DNA from: an uncultured Chloroflexia bacterium
GTDB taxonomy: Bacteria; Chloroflexota; Limnocylindria; QHBO01
Reading direction: 5' to 3'
Assembly: GCA_963799675.1 (NCBI GenBank)
Contig: CAWCXQ010000019.1
Location: 261,701 to 325,700, forward strand
Length of the DNA stretch: 64,000 bases
Shown here: piece after piece, positions 32,465-42,000 of the stretch
How the letters are laid out: every line of letters begins with the position of its first letter
Numbering within the stretch: position 1 is the first letter of the stretch
Notes under the pieces: model-generated
What the model was told of the DNA's origin: nothing
What the model saw: only the letters and a program-made list of their open reading frames with translations
The model's database searches: none
Made by a program: the position numbers and the translations under genes

Positions 32465-33145
32465 CTAGACCTGCTGCATCGGCGTCACGCCCGCCGCTAC
32501 CCCGAGCCCAATCGGGCAGGCGACGCCGGTCGAGTGGTCCGGGCAGTAGCCGCGCGGGTTCTTGGCGAGGTACTGCTGGTGGTAATCCTCGGCGAAGTAG
32601 AAGTCGGGGGCGGGCCGAATCTCGGTCGTGATCTCCCCGTACCCCGCCTTCGTGAGCTCGGCCTGGTAGGCGGCGCGGGACGCCTCGGCGGCCGCCTGCT
32701 GCGCATCGGTATGCGTATAGATCGCGGATCGGTATTGCGTCCCCATGTCATTTCCCTGCCGCATTCCCTGGGTCGGGTCGTGGCTCTCCCAGAAGATGCG
32801 GAGCAGCTGCTCGTACGAGATGAGCCGCGGGTCGAAGACGACGCGGACCGCTTCAGCGTGGCCCGTCTTGCCTGAGCAGACCTCCTCGTAGGTCGGGTTC
32901 GGCGTGAGGCCTCCCTCGTAGCCCGCCGCGGAGACGATCACGCCGGGCGTCTGCCAGAAGGTCTTCTCGGCGCCCCAGAAGCAGCCCAGGGCGAAATCCG
33001 CGATCTCGGCGCCCTCCGGATACGGGCCGCTGAGCGGGGTGCCGTTCACGAAGTGACGCTCAGCTGTGGGGATCGGGTCGGGGCGGCCGGCGAGTGCGGA
33101 CGCGGAGTCGGGGAGCTTCGTCTTGGTCGAATTGAAGGGCCACAT
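32465..33145 (-). CDS. msrA: Peptide-methionine (S)-S-oxide reductase
   Basis: Intact 226-aa ORF. Signature '[11 protein letters not shown]', '[32 protein letters not shown]', '[21 protein letters not shown]'. Confidence 0.9.
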   Translation of the reverse strand: MWPFNSTKTKLPDSASALAGRPDPIPTAERHFVNGTPLSGPYPEGAEIADFALGCFWGAEKTFWQTPGVIVSAAGYEGGLTPNPTYEEVCSGKTGHAEAVRVVFDPRLISYEQLLRIFWESHDPTQGMRQGNDMGTQYRSAIYTHTDAQQAAAEASRAAYQAELTKAGYGEITTEIRPAPDFYFAEDYHQQYLAKNPRGYCPDHSTGVACPIGLGVAAGVTPMQQV

Positions 33146-33240
33146 GCATGAAGTCTAGCGCGATCTCATCACGACGGCGGCATCGGGTGTTGGTGGTGCC
33201 GGCGGTCAACGGTTCCTTTCTCGAGGCGGCCTGATCGCGT

Positions 33241-33269
33241 TTGACGCGTCCGACGCCACGGCGCAGAAT
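33241..33269 (+). promoter_or_regulatory. Candidate sigma70-type promoter for the first giant surface-protein gene (TTGACG-17 nt-CAGAAT)
   Basis: Hexamers and a 17-nt spacer were read directly in the msrA / gene A divergent intergenic region. No experimental support. Confidence 0.25.
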
Positions 33270-33290
33270 GGCAGTTGCCGCTCCAGCCAA

Positions 33291-36200
33291 ATGTACTGGG
33301 TCGGTACCAATACGTGCCCGCACCGCCTTTATCTGTACTCATTGGTGTCCTCGTTGCCCAGTGCCCGGGCTGTAGCCGTGCCTCACGGTCGGTCGTTATC
33401 TGCGCCGCGTCCATCCTTCACCGCCGCGACCCTGCTCGTGTCCGCCGGAGTCGTCATGGCCTCGCTGGCCACGCCGCTACCTGTAAGCGCGGCCACGCTC
33501 ACCTTTGCGCCGATGCAGGACGCGTACGTCTCGGCAGCCGCGAAGACCACGAACTTCGGGACCGCGACGACGCTGCAGGTGGGCAACACATCGGCCGCCC
33601 AGAAGCGCACCTACCTGATGTTCGACGTCCAAGGGCTGACCGGTGCCCCGACGAGCGCCACGCTCCAGCTGTGGGGGGTGAGCACGAGCGGAGCCGCATC
33701 GACACGGACGCTCGCCGACCCCCGGACAGCCTGGGGGGAGACGTCCATCACCAATTCCAATGCGCCCACCCTCGTCGGAGCGAATGTCACCACAGTCAAC
33801 CCAGTCGTGGCTGGCGCGTACAACACTTGGAACGTGTTGAGCTTCGTGGCCGGGAACGGGAGCTTCACGCTCGCGATCACGACCGCGGACCTGACCGGCT
33901 CCACCTTCTCGAGCCGCGAGGACGCGGCCCATCCACCCCTGCTCACGGTCGTCGGGCCCGCCGGGTCGACGGTTCCGGGTGCTCCCACGGGGGCGAGCGC
34001 CGTCGCCGGCAACACGCAGGCCACTGTCAGCTGGACGATTCCGGCGAGCGATGGCGGTAGCGCCATCACGGGCTACACGGTGACGTCCTCGCCCGGCGGC
34101 TTTACGGGTACGGCGTCTGGTCCGACCGCCACCTCCGCCACGGTCTCCGGCCTGACGAATAGCACCAGCTATACGTTCACTGTCCACGCCACCAACGGGG
34201 TTGGTCCGGGCCCCGAATCGGCTGCGTCGAACGCAGTCACACCAAGCGCGCCGACAGTGCCCGGCGCACCCACCAACGCCAGCGCCGTGGCCGGCAATAT
34301 GCAGGCGACCGTCAATTGGACCATCCCCGCCAGCAACGGCGGTAGCGCGATCACTGGCTACACGGTCACCTCCATACCGGAAGGGCACACCGGCACCGCC
34401 TCGGGCCCCACCGCCACCTCCGCAATCGTCGCCGGCATGACCAATGGCACCAGCTACACGTTTACCGTGCATGCAACCAACGGGATTGGTTCGGGTCCCG
34501 AGTCGCCCCCCTCGAACGCGGTGGTGCCCAGCACTATCACGGTTCCCGGTGCACCGACCAATGTTGGCGCGGCGCCGGGCAACGCACAGGCAACCGTCAA
34601 CTGGACGATCCCTGCCAGCGATGGCGGTAGCGCGATCACCAGCTATACCGCAACCTCCACGCCCGGGGCAAAAACGGGCATCGTGTCCGGCGCCGCTGCC
34701 ACTTCCGTGACCGTCGCCGGCCTGACCAATGGCACCAGCTACACGTTCACCGTGCACGCGACGAACGGGATCGGCAGCAGCGTGGAATCGGCTGCCTCGA
34801 GTGCGGTCACCCCCAGCACGACATTGCCCGTGATCCGACGATACCCATATCTGACCGATACGACCACGACGTCGACCTTGGTGAATTTCGCGACGTCCGC
34901 GTCCTCGCCATTGCCGACCGTGCGCTGGGGCCTCGCCTCGGGGGACTGCGTCAGTCCACCCAACACAGCGACCGCGAGCCTCGTGGCAACCCTGACCGGG
35001 ATGCCCGCCGGCACCGACACCCAATTCAAGACCAGCGTCGTCGGATTGACTGCCGCCACGGCGTACTGCTACCGCGTCTACCAATCGGGGGCGGACCTCA
35101 CCGGTGTTGCGACAACCTTCCGCACCGCCCTCGCGGCCGGCAGCAACACGCCGTTCAAGTTCGCGGTCATCGGCGACTGGGGCCAGGGGACGACGGACCA
35201 GGCGAACGTTGCCGCCCAGATCGGAGCTGCCCACCCGGACCTCCTGATCAGCACCGGCGACAACGACTATCCCAATGGAAGCCAGGCGGAGTACGGCGAT
35301 CTGACCGGCGGCACGGTCTTCCCAGCCCAGTATCTGCCCGCGATGGGCAGGGGCCTCCCGATGTTCATGGTCCAGGGAAACCACGGCTTCACGACAAACA
35401 CGCCCTACATCCAGAACTTTCCCCAGGACGTCGTCACGGCAGCGTCGGGCGGCAAGTTCGTGGCCGAGGCGTACTCCAATATCCCCGGATCATCCAATGC
35501 GACGTACGCCAGCGCGTGGTTCGCGTTCACGTGGGGGCGGGCGCGGTTCTACGTGCTCGAGGCCGCATGGGCGGATGCCAATGGCGCATACAGCGGGGAC
35601 TATCAGGCGCACTGGAACACGGGCAACATGGGCTGCACGCCCGCCTGTGGGGCCGAGATGACGTGGCTGCAGAACGACCTCGCGGCCAACGCGTCGGTCC
35701 CGCTGAAGTTCGCCTTCTTCCATTACCCTCTGCACGTCGATAGTCCGAGCGAGGTCTCCGACACCAACCTGAGCGGGCCATCGCCCAAGCTCGAGGGCGT
35801 GCTCGCGGCGGCCAAAGTGGCAATCGTCTTCAACGGTCACGCCCACCAGTACCAGCGGAACTTCGCGCAGATCGCCGGGTCCCCTATGGTCAGCTACGTC
35901 ACGGGCGGGGGCGGAGCGTCCCTCGGCTCTATCGGTACGTGCACCGTGGTAGTAGACGCCTATGGGATCGCTCCCGGCAAGGCCTGCGGCACCGCGTCCG
36001 TGCCGCCGAACAACACCTATGTCTTCCATTACCTGCTCGTATCGGTGAATGGGAACCAGGTAACGGTGACTCCCACCGATGAGATGGGACGCACGTTCGA
36101 CGTGCAGACCTACACCATCGGACCGCTGGCACCCACCGGGCTGAGCGCCACCGCCGGCGACAACTCGGTCGCGCTGAGCTGGACCGCGTCGGCGGGTGCC

Positions 36201-38501
36201 ACCAGCTACAACGTCAAGCGCGCCACCCTCAGTGGTGGCCCATACACCACCATCAGCACTCCGGGCGCGGTGACCGGCACCACCTATACCGATAGCACCG
36301 CCACCAACGGGACGACCTACTACTACGTGGTCAGCGCGGTCGGCGACGGAGGTGAGGGCGCCGACTCGACCCAGGTCTCCGCGACGCCTCAGCCGCCGGC
36401 ACCTGGCGCCCCGACCAACCTCACCCCAACCGCCGGCGACAACTCGGTCGCGCTGAGCTGGACCGCGTCGGCGGGTGCCACCAGCTACAACGTCAAGCGC
36501 GCCACCCTCAGTGGTGGCCCATACACCACCATCAGCACTCCGGGCGCGGTGACCGGCACCACCTATACCGATAGCACCGCCACCAACGGGACGACCTACT
36601 ACTACGTGGTCAGCGCGGTCGGCGACGGAGGTGAGGGCGCCGACTCGACCCAGGTCTCCGCGACGCCTCAGCCGCCGGCACCTGGCGCCCCGACCAACCT
36701 CACCCCAACCGCCGGCGACAACTCGGTCGCGCTGAGCTGGACCGCGTCGGCGGGTGCCACCAGCTACAACGTCAAGCGCGCCACCCTCAGTGGTGGCCCA
36801 TACACCACCATCAGCACTCCGGGCGCGGTGACCGGCACCACCTATACCGATAGCACCGCCACCAACGGGACGACCTACTACTACGTGGTCAGCGCGGTCG
36901 GCGACGGAGGTGAGGGCGCCGACTCGACCCAGGTCTCCGCGACGCCTCAGCCGCCGGCACCTGGCGCCCCGACCAACCTCACCCCAACCGCCGGCGACAA
37001 CTCGGTCGCGCTGAGCTGGACCGCGTCGGCGGGTGCCACCAGCTACAACGTCAAGCGCGCCACCCTCAGTGGTGGCCCATACACCACCATCAGCACTCCG
37101 GGCGCGGTGACCGGCACCACCTATACCGATAGCACCGCCACCAACGGGACGACCTACTACTACGTGGTCAGCGCGGTCGGCGACGGAGGTGAGGGCGCCG
37201 ACTCGACCCAGGTCTCCGCGACGCCTCAGCCGCCGGCACCTGGCGCCCCGACCAACCTCACCCCAACCGCCGGCGACAACTCGGTCGCGCTGAGCTGGAC
37301 CGCGTCGGCGGGTGCCACCAGCTACAACGTCAAGCGCGCCACCCTCAGTGGTGGCCCATACACCACCATCAGCACTCCGGGCGCGGTGACCGGCACCACC
37401 TATACCGATAGCACCGCCACCAACGGGACGACCTACTACTACGTGGTCAGCGCGGTCGGCGACGGAGGTGAGGGCGCCGACTCGACCCAGGTCTCCGCGA
37501 CGCCTCAGCCGCCGGCACCTGGCGCCCCGACCAACCTCACCCCAACCGCCGGCGACAACTCGGTCGCGCTGAGCTGGACCGCGTCGGCGGGTGCCACCAG
37601 CTACAACGTCAAGCGCGCCACCCTCAGTGGTGGCCCATACACCACCATCAGCACTCCGGGCGCGGTGACCGGCACCACCTATACCGATAGCACCGCCACC
37701 AACGGGACGACCTACTACTACGTGGTCAGCGCGGTCGGCGACGGAGGTGAGGGCGCCGACTCGACCCAGGTCTCCGCGACGCCGCTGTCCGCCGCCGCCC
37801 CGGTCTCCTATCCGGCGGTCATCCGCAACTCGGTCTGGTACCTGCGCGACAGCAACACCAGCGCGCCGGGCACGATCACCAGCTTCGCCTACGGCAACCC
37901 GACCGACACCCCGATCTTCGGCGACTGGAATAACGACGGCGTGGCGACGCCGGGTGTGGTGCGGGTGACCGGCGGCTCGCTGACCTGGTACCTGCGCAAC
38001 ACCAATAGCGCCGGCGCACCCGACACCATCTTCGCCTGGGGCGCGGCCACCGACAAGCCGCTGGTCGGCGACTGGGACGGCAACGGCACTGACACGCCGG
38101 GCCTGCTGCGCGCCAGCAACCACTGGATCCTGTCCAACTCGGGCGACGGCACGAGCGGGATCGTCGACTTCTTCTGGGGCAGCGGCGCCGCCAACGAGAA
38201 GCCGATCGTGGGCGACTGGGACGGGAACGGCAGCGACACCCCCGGCTTGGTGCGGGCCGGCAACTGGTGGATCCTCAAAACCAGCAACGACGCGAGCAGC
38301 ACCGTCACCGACTTCTTCTGGGGCACCACCAGCGAGACCGCCTGGGTGGTGGGCGACTGGAACGGCGACGGCAGCGACAACCCCGGCATCCTGCGTGGCA
38401 ACTGGTGGCTGCTGCGCGACTCCAACACCGGCGGCGGGGCCACCGACCGCGACTTCTTCTTCGGCCTCAACAGCGACACCTTCCGCGTGTGGGCCAAGTG
38501 A
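33291..38501 (+). CDS. Giant secreted surface protein A: signal peptide, DNRLRE-like domain, 3 FN3, purple-acid-phosphatase-like metallophosphoesterase, 6 identical FN3, shared C-terminal 5-repeat module
   Basis: Uninterrupted 1736-aa ORF; the likelier start is GTG 33378, giving signal 'LLVSAGVVMASLATPLPVSA|ATL'. 'FAPMQDAYV..KRTYLMFDV..SATLQLW..AWGETSITNSNAP' (DNRLRE-like). 'FAVIGDWGQG', 'STGDNDYP', 'QGNHGF', 'NGHAHQYQRN' (metallophosphoesterase). FN3 'SWTASAGATSYNVKRAT..GTTYYYVVSAV'. Confidence 0.9.
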   Translation: MYWVGTNTCPHRLYLYSLVSSLPSARAVAVPHGRSLSAPRPSFTAATLLVSAGVVMASLATPLPVSAATLTFAPMQDAYVSAAAKTTNFGTATTLQVGNTSAAQKRTYLMFDVQGLTGAPTSATLQLWGVSTSGAASTRTLADPRTAWGETSITNSNAPTLVGANVTTVNPVVAGAYNTWNVLSFVAGNGSFTLAITTADLTGSTFSSREDAAHPPLLTVVGPAGSTVPGAPTGASAVAGNTQATVSWTIPASDGGSAITGYTVTSSPGGFTGTASGPTATSATVSGLTNSTSYTFTVHATNGVGPGPESAASNAVTPSAPTVPGAPTNASAVAGNMQATVNWTIPASNGGSAITGYTVTSIPEGHTGTASGPTATSAIVAGMTNGTSYTFTVHATNGIGSGPESPPSNAVVPSTITVPGAPTNVGAAPGNAQATVNWTIPASDGGSAITSYTATSTPGAKTGIVSGAAATSVTVAGLTNGTSYTFTVHATNGIGSSVESAASSAVTPSTTLPVIRRYPYLTDTTTTSTLVNFATSASSPLPTVRWGLASGDCVSPPNTATASLVATLTGMPAGTDTQFKTSVVGLTAATAYCYRVYQSGADLTGVATTFRTALAAGSNTPFKFAVIGDWGQGTTDQANVAAQIGAAHPDLLISTGDNDYPNGSQAEYGDLTGGTVFPAQYLPAMGRGLPMFMVQGNHGFTTNTPYIQNFPQDVVTAASGGKFVAEAYSNIPGSSNATYASAWFAFTWGRARFYVLEAAWADANGAYSGDYQAHWNTGNMGCTPACGAEMTWLQNDLAANASVPLKFAFFHYPLHVDSPSEVSDTNLSGPSPKLEGVLAAAKVAIVFNGHAHQYQRNFAQIAGSPMVSYVTGGGGASLGSIGTCTVVVDAYGIAPGKACGTASVPPNNTYVFHYLLVSVNGNQVTVTPTDEMGRTFDVQTYTIGPLAPTGLSATAGDNSVALSWTASAGATSYNVKRATLSGGPYTTISTPGAVTGTTYTDSTATNGTTYYYVVSAVGDGGEGADSTQVSATPQPPAPGAPTNLTPTAGDNSVALSWTASAGATSYNVKRATLSGGPYTTISTPGAVTGTTYTDSTATNGTTYYYVVSAVGDGGEGADSTQVSATPQPPAPGAPTNLTPTAGDNSVALSWTASAGATSYNVKRATLSGGPYTTISTPGAVTGTTYTDSTATNGTTYYYVVSAVGDGGEGADSTQVSATPQPPAPGAPTNLTPTAGDNSVALSWTASAGATSYNVKRATLSGGPYTTISTPGAVTGTTYTDSTATNGTTYYYVVSAVGDGGEGADSTQVSATPQPPAPGAPTNLTPTAGDNSVALSWTASAGATSYNVKRATLSGGPYTTISTPGAVTGTTYTDSTATNGTTYYYVVSAVGDGGEGADSTQVSATPQPPAPGAPTNLTPTAGDNSVALSWTASAGATSYNVKRATLSGGPYTTISTPGAVTGTTYTDSTATNGTTYYYVVSAVGDGGEGADSTQVSATPLSAAAPVSYPAVIRNSVWYLRDSNTSAPGTITSFAYGNPTDTPIFGDWNNDGVATPGVVRVTGGSLTWYLRNTNSAGAPDTIFAWGAATDKPLVGDWDGNGTDTPGLLRASNHWILSNSGDGTSGIVDFFWGSGAANEKPIVGDWDGNGSDTPGLVRAGNWWILKTSNDASSTVTDFFWGTTSETAWVVGDWNGDGSDNPGILRGNWWLLRDSNTGGGATDRDFFFGLNSDTFRVWAK
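36124..37784 (+). repeat. Tandem coding repeat, ~6 copies x 279 bp (93 aa FN3 units)
   Basis: The anchor string gccggcgacaactcggtc recurs at 36153, 36432, 36711 (all checked, spacing exactly 279), and by the same period at 36990, 37269, 37548. Copies 1 and 2 were compared base by base and are identical from ~36150. Translated copies 2-6 are identical. Confidence 0.9.
37785..38501 (+). repeat. Shared C-terminal cassette, copy 1 (ends ...RVWAK*)
   Basis: 717 bp from 'ctgtccgccgccgccccggtctcc' to the stop. It reads identically to the copies at 42287, 44896, 52575 and (from tggtacctgcgcgac) 50664. Confidence 0.9.
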
Positions 38502-39014
38502 GCGTGCAGGTCGATCTCGGGACTCGCGGACGAGGCAACCTTGTGATTCCGAGCGAGCCACGCGGCGACGCACGGAGCGGGTGCGGGTTATCGCCCTGCC
38601 CCCCGGGGTGCCGCACCGTTGCTCTAATGCAACGGTATGGTGAAATAGACTCTAGTGCTTTTGGCATGAGTCTGATATGGTTCGGTGCTCAAAAGTGCGC
38701 GGAGCGTGGTGGCGCGCAGTGCCCAGTGGCCACCGCGACGGCCGGGACTGGATGCCTGATGACGGTCTCCTCTCGACCTCGTGTTCAGGAGTCCGGGATG
38801 TGCCCAGCCGGTCGCCATTCATTGCTACGCGTCGCCCTGCTCGCTGACACTCGAAGTGTCTTAGCAATTCGGCCACGGTCTTGGCCGGGCCCTGCGCCTC
38901 TCGCGCGGGGCGAGGGCACGAACTTCCACATGCCGTCCCAACGAGACTGATTGCGAGCCAGGGCTGGTCGAGTCGGTCTCTTTTTTCTGTCCTCAACCAT
39001 CCGAGGCTAAAGAA

Positions 39015-42000
39015 ATGATCTCCCGCCAACTGGGTGCCGCGCAGAGAGCGGGGACCTTCGTCGCGATAGGCGCACTTCTCGCAACAACGGCGGCCGCCGT
39101 TGCCCCTGGGCGGGTGCTTGCAGCAGCCCCAAATCCTCCCACGGTCAATGCGCCAACTAATGGAGCGACTGGCCAAAGCACTTCCCCGACCCTCAGCGTG
39201 CACGTCTCGGACCCAGACAACAATTCGATGACGGTCACATTTTCGGCCGCCCATACCTCAGCGGCGTGTTCGTCCAGATCGCCCAAAAAACGAGCGTCGC
39301 GTCGAATTCGAATACGACGGCCACATGGTCCACCTTGGGCGCTGGTCAACTGCACCAGTGGTACGTCACCGTCTCCGACGGCACGTCCACAATCACAGGG
39401 CCGACGTGGACATTCCGCACAACGGCGAGCGCCGATCCGGTATTTGTCGGAGTCGGCGACATCGCAGCGTGCACCAACACGAATGACACGGACACAGGCA
39501 ACGTCATCAGCGGCGTCGACGGCAATATCTTTACTGTCGGCGATAACGTCTACCCGGACGGAACGGCGGCTGACTTCACGAACTGCTACGCGCCGACCCC
39601 ATGGGGTAGCAGTGCCATCAAGTCGCGGACCCGCCCGATTCCCGGCAACCACGATTGGAACACCGGCAATCTGAACGGGTACACCGGATATTTCGGCGCC
39701 AATGCGACCGATGCGAATGGCAAGAGTTACTACAGCTACAACATCGCTGGCAGCAACTGGCACGTCGTTAATCTTGATAGCGAATGCGCACTCGTCCCAG
39801 GTGGGTGTGCGGCCGGTTCCCCACAGGAGATCTGGCTCAAGGCAGACCTGCAGGCGAATCTGTCCAAGAACGTAATCGCTTTGTTCCACAAGCCTCGGTT
39901 CAGCAGCGCTGGCACCAACCTCACCGACCTTCAGGCGTTCGTGGACGACATGTATACGGCGCGCGTGGACATCGCGATGGACGGTCATGACCACGTGTAT
40001 GAACGGATTGCGCAGCTAAATGCCACCGGAACCCCGGATCCGGGCCGTGGGATCCGCTACTTCACAGTTGGAATGGGTGGCGACAGCCACCAGGGATTCG
40101 GGACACCGATCGCCGGCAGCGAGGTTCGCGACGCAAGTTCCTACGGGATTCTGAAGCTGACACTTCACGCCACAACGTATGATTGGAAGTACCTACCGGT
40201 CGCCGGCAGCACATTTACCGACTCAGGTACCGCATCCGTCGTCGCCGCCGGCGTCAACCAGGCGCCGGTCGCGGTCGCCGACAGCTACAGCACGCCGCTC
40301 AACACGGCCAAGGTCGTGGCGGCGCCCGGCGTCCTCGCCAACGACACCGATGCCGACGGCAATCCGCTGACCGCGATCCTTAACGCCAACGTGACCCACG
40401 GCAGCCTGAGCCTGGCCGCCAATGGTGGTTTCACCTATACCCCGACATCCGGCTACACCGGGCCGGACTCGTTTACCTACCACGCCAACGACGGCACCCT
40501 CAACTCGAACACCGTGACGGTCAGCCTGACGGTCGGCGGAGCGGTCACCAATCAGGCCCTCCAGCTCAACGGCTCGAGCCAGTACGCGACCCTGGGTTCC
40601 ACCAGCCAGCTGCGCAGCGCGACCTTCACCGTCGAACTGTGGTTCAAGCGGACCGGGGCCGGGGTCGGCACCAACACCGGCACCGGCGGCATCCCCGATG
40701 CCATCCCGCTCATCACCAAGGGCCGAGCGGAGGGCGAGACCCCGGCTGCCGATATCAACTACTTCCTGGGCATCGACGCCAGCAGCGGCCAGCTGGTGGC
40801 CGACTTCGAGGAGGGCGCGGGCGGCGCGAGCCCCAGCCTCAACCACCCGATCACGGCGGCCACCGTGGTGACCCTGAACGTGTGGCACCACGCCGCGGCG
40901 ACCTATGACGGCTCGACCTGGAACCTCTATCTCGACGGGGTGCTCGACGGCACCCTGGCCGTCGGGGTCACCCATCCGGCCAACGCCGCGACGGCCGTCC
41001 TGACCACGGTCGGCACCGCCGATAACACGGCCGGCGTGGTCGACGGCTTCTTCGCCGGCGTGGTCGACGAGGCCCGCATCTGGAGCGTGGCCCGGACGGC
41101 AACCCAGATCAACGCCACCCGGAACGTTCAGGTCACCACCGCCCAGACCAACCTGCTGGGCGTCTGGAACATGAACGAGGGCAGCGGCACGACCCTCGCC
41201 GACAACTCGGGCAACGGCATCACCGGCACGGCCGTCGGGGCGCCGACCTGGGTGGCCGGCTTCCCGCTGTCCGGCAACCAGGCGCCGGTCGCGGTCGCCG
41301 ACAGCTACAGCACGCCGCTCAACACGGCCAAGGTCGTGGCGGCGCCCGGCGTCCTCGCCAACGACACCGATGCCGACGGCAATCCGCTGACCGCGATCCT
41401 TAACGCCAACGTGACCCACGGCAGCCTGAGCCTGGCCGCCAATGGTGGTTTCACCTATACCCCGACATCCGGCTACACCGGGCCGGACTCGTTTACCTAC
41501 CACGCCAACGACGGCACCCTCAACTCGAACACCGTGACGGTCAGCCTGACGGTCGGCGGAGCGGTCACCAATCAGGCCCTCCAGCTCAACGGCTCGAGCC
41601 AGTACGCGACCCTGGGTTCCACCAGCCAGCTGCGCAGCGCGACCTTCACCGTCGAACTGTGGTTCAAGCGGACCGGGGCCGGGGTCGGCACCAACACCGG
41701 CACCGGCGGCATCCCCGATGCCATCCCGCTCATCACCAAGGGCCGAGCGGAGGGCGAGACCCCGGCTGCCGATATCAACTACTTCCTGGGCATCGACGCC
41801 AGCAGCGGCCAGCTGGTGGCCGACTTCGAGGAGGGCGCGGGCGGCGCGAGCCCCAGCCTCAACCACCCGATCACGGCGGCCACCGTGGTGACCCTGAACG
41901 TGTGGCACCACGCCGCGGCGACCTATGACGGCTCGACCTGGAACCTCTATCTCGACGGGGTGCTCGACGGCACCCTGGCCGTCGGGGTCACCCATCCGGC

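Noticed and set aside
36124-37784. Regular tandem repeats (279 bp; also 270 bp at 48733-50616) as a possible CRISPR or other non-coding array.
   Set aside because: The periods are multiples of 3, there are no unique spacers, and the units translate in frame into FN3 and cadherin-like domains within long ORFs. No cas genes are present.
35490-38573. Very long antisense ORFs: 1027 aa here, plus 971 aa at 40223-43138, 1144 aa at 42391-45825, 624 aa at 51525-53399 and 691 aa at 29997-32072.
   Set aside because: They lie exactly opposite well-supported sense genes that have signal peptides, RBSs and recognisable domains. Their translations are low-complexity Arg/Gly/Ala/Val strings with no motifs. 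Stop-free antisense frames are expected at this GC content and are propagated by the repeats.
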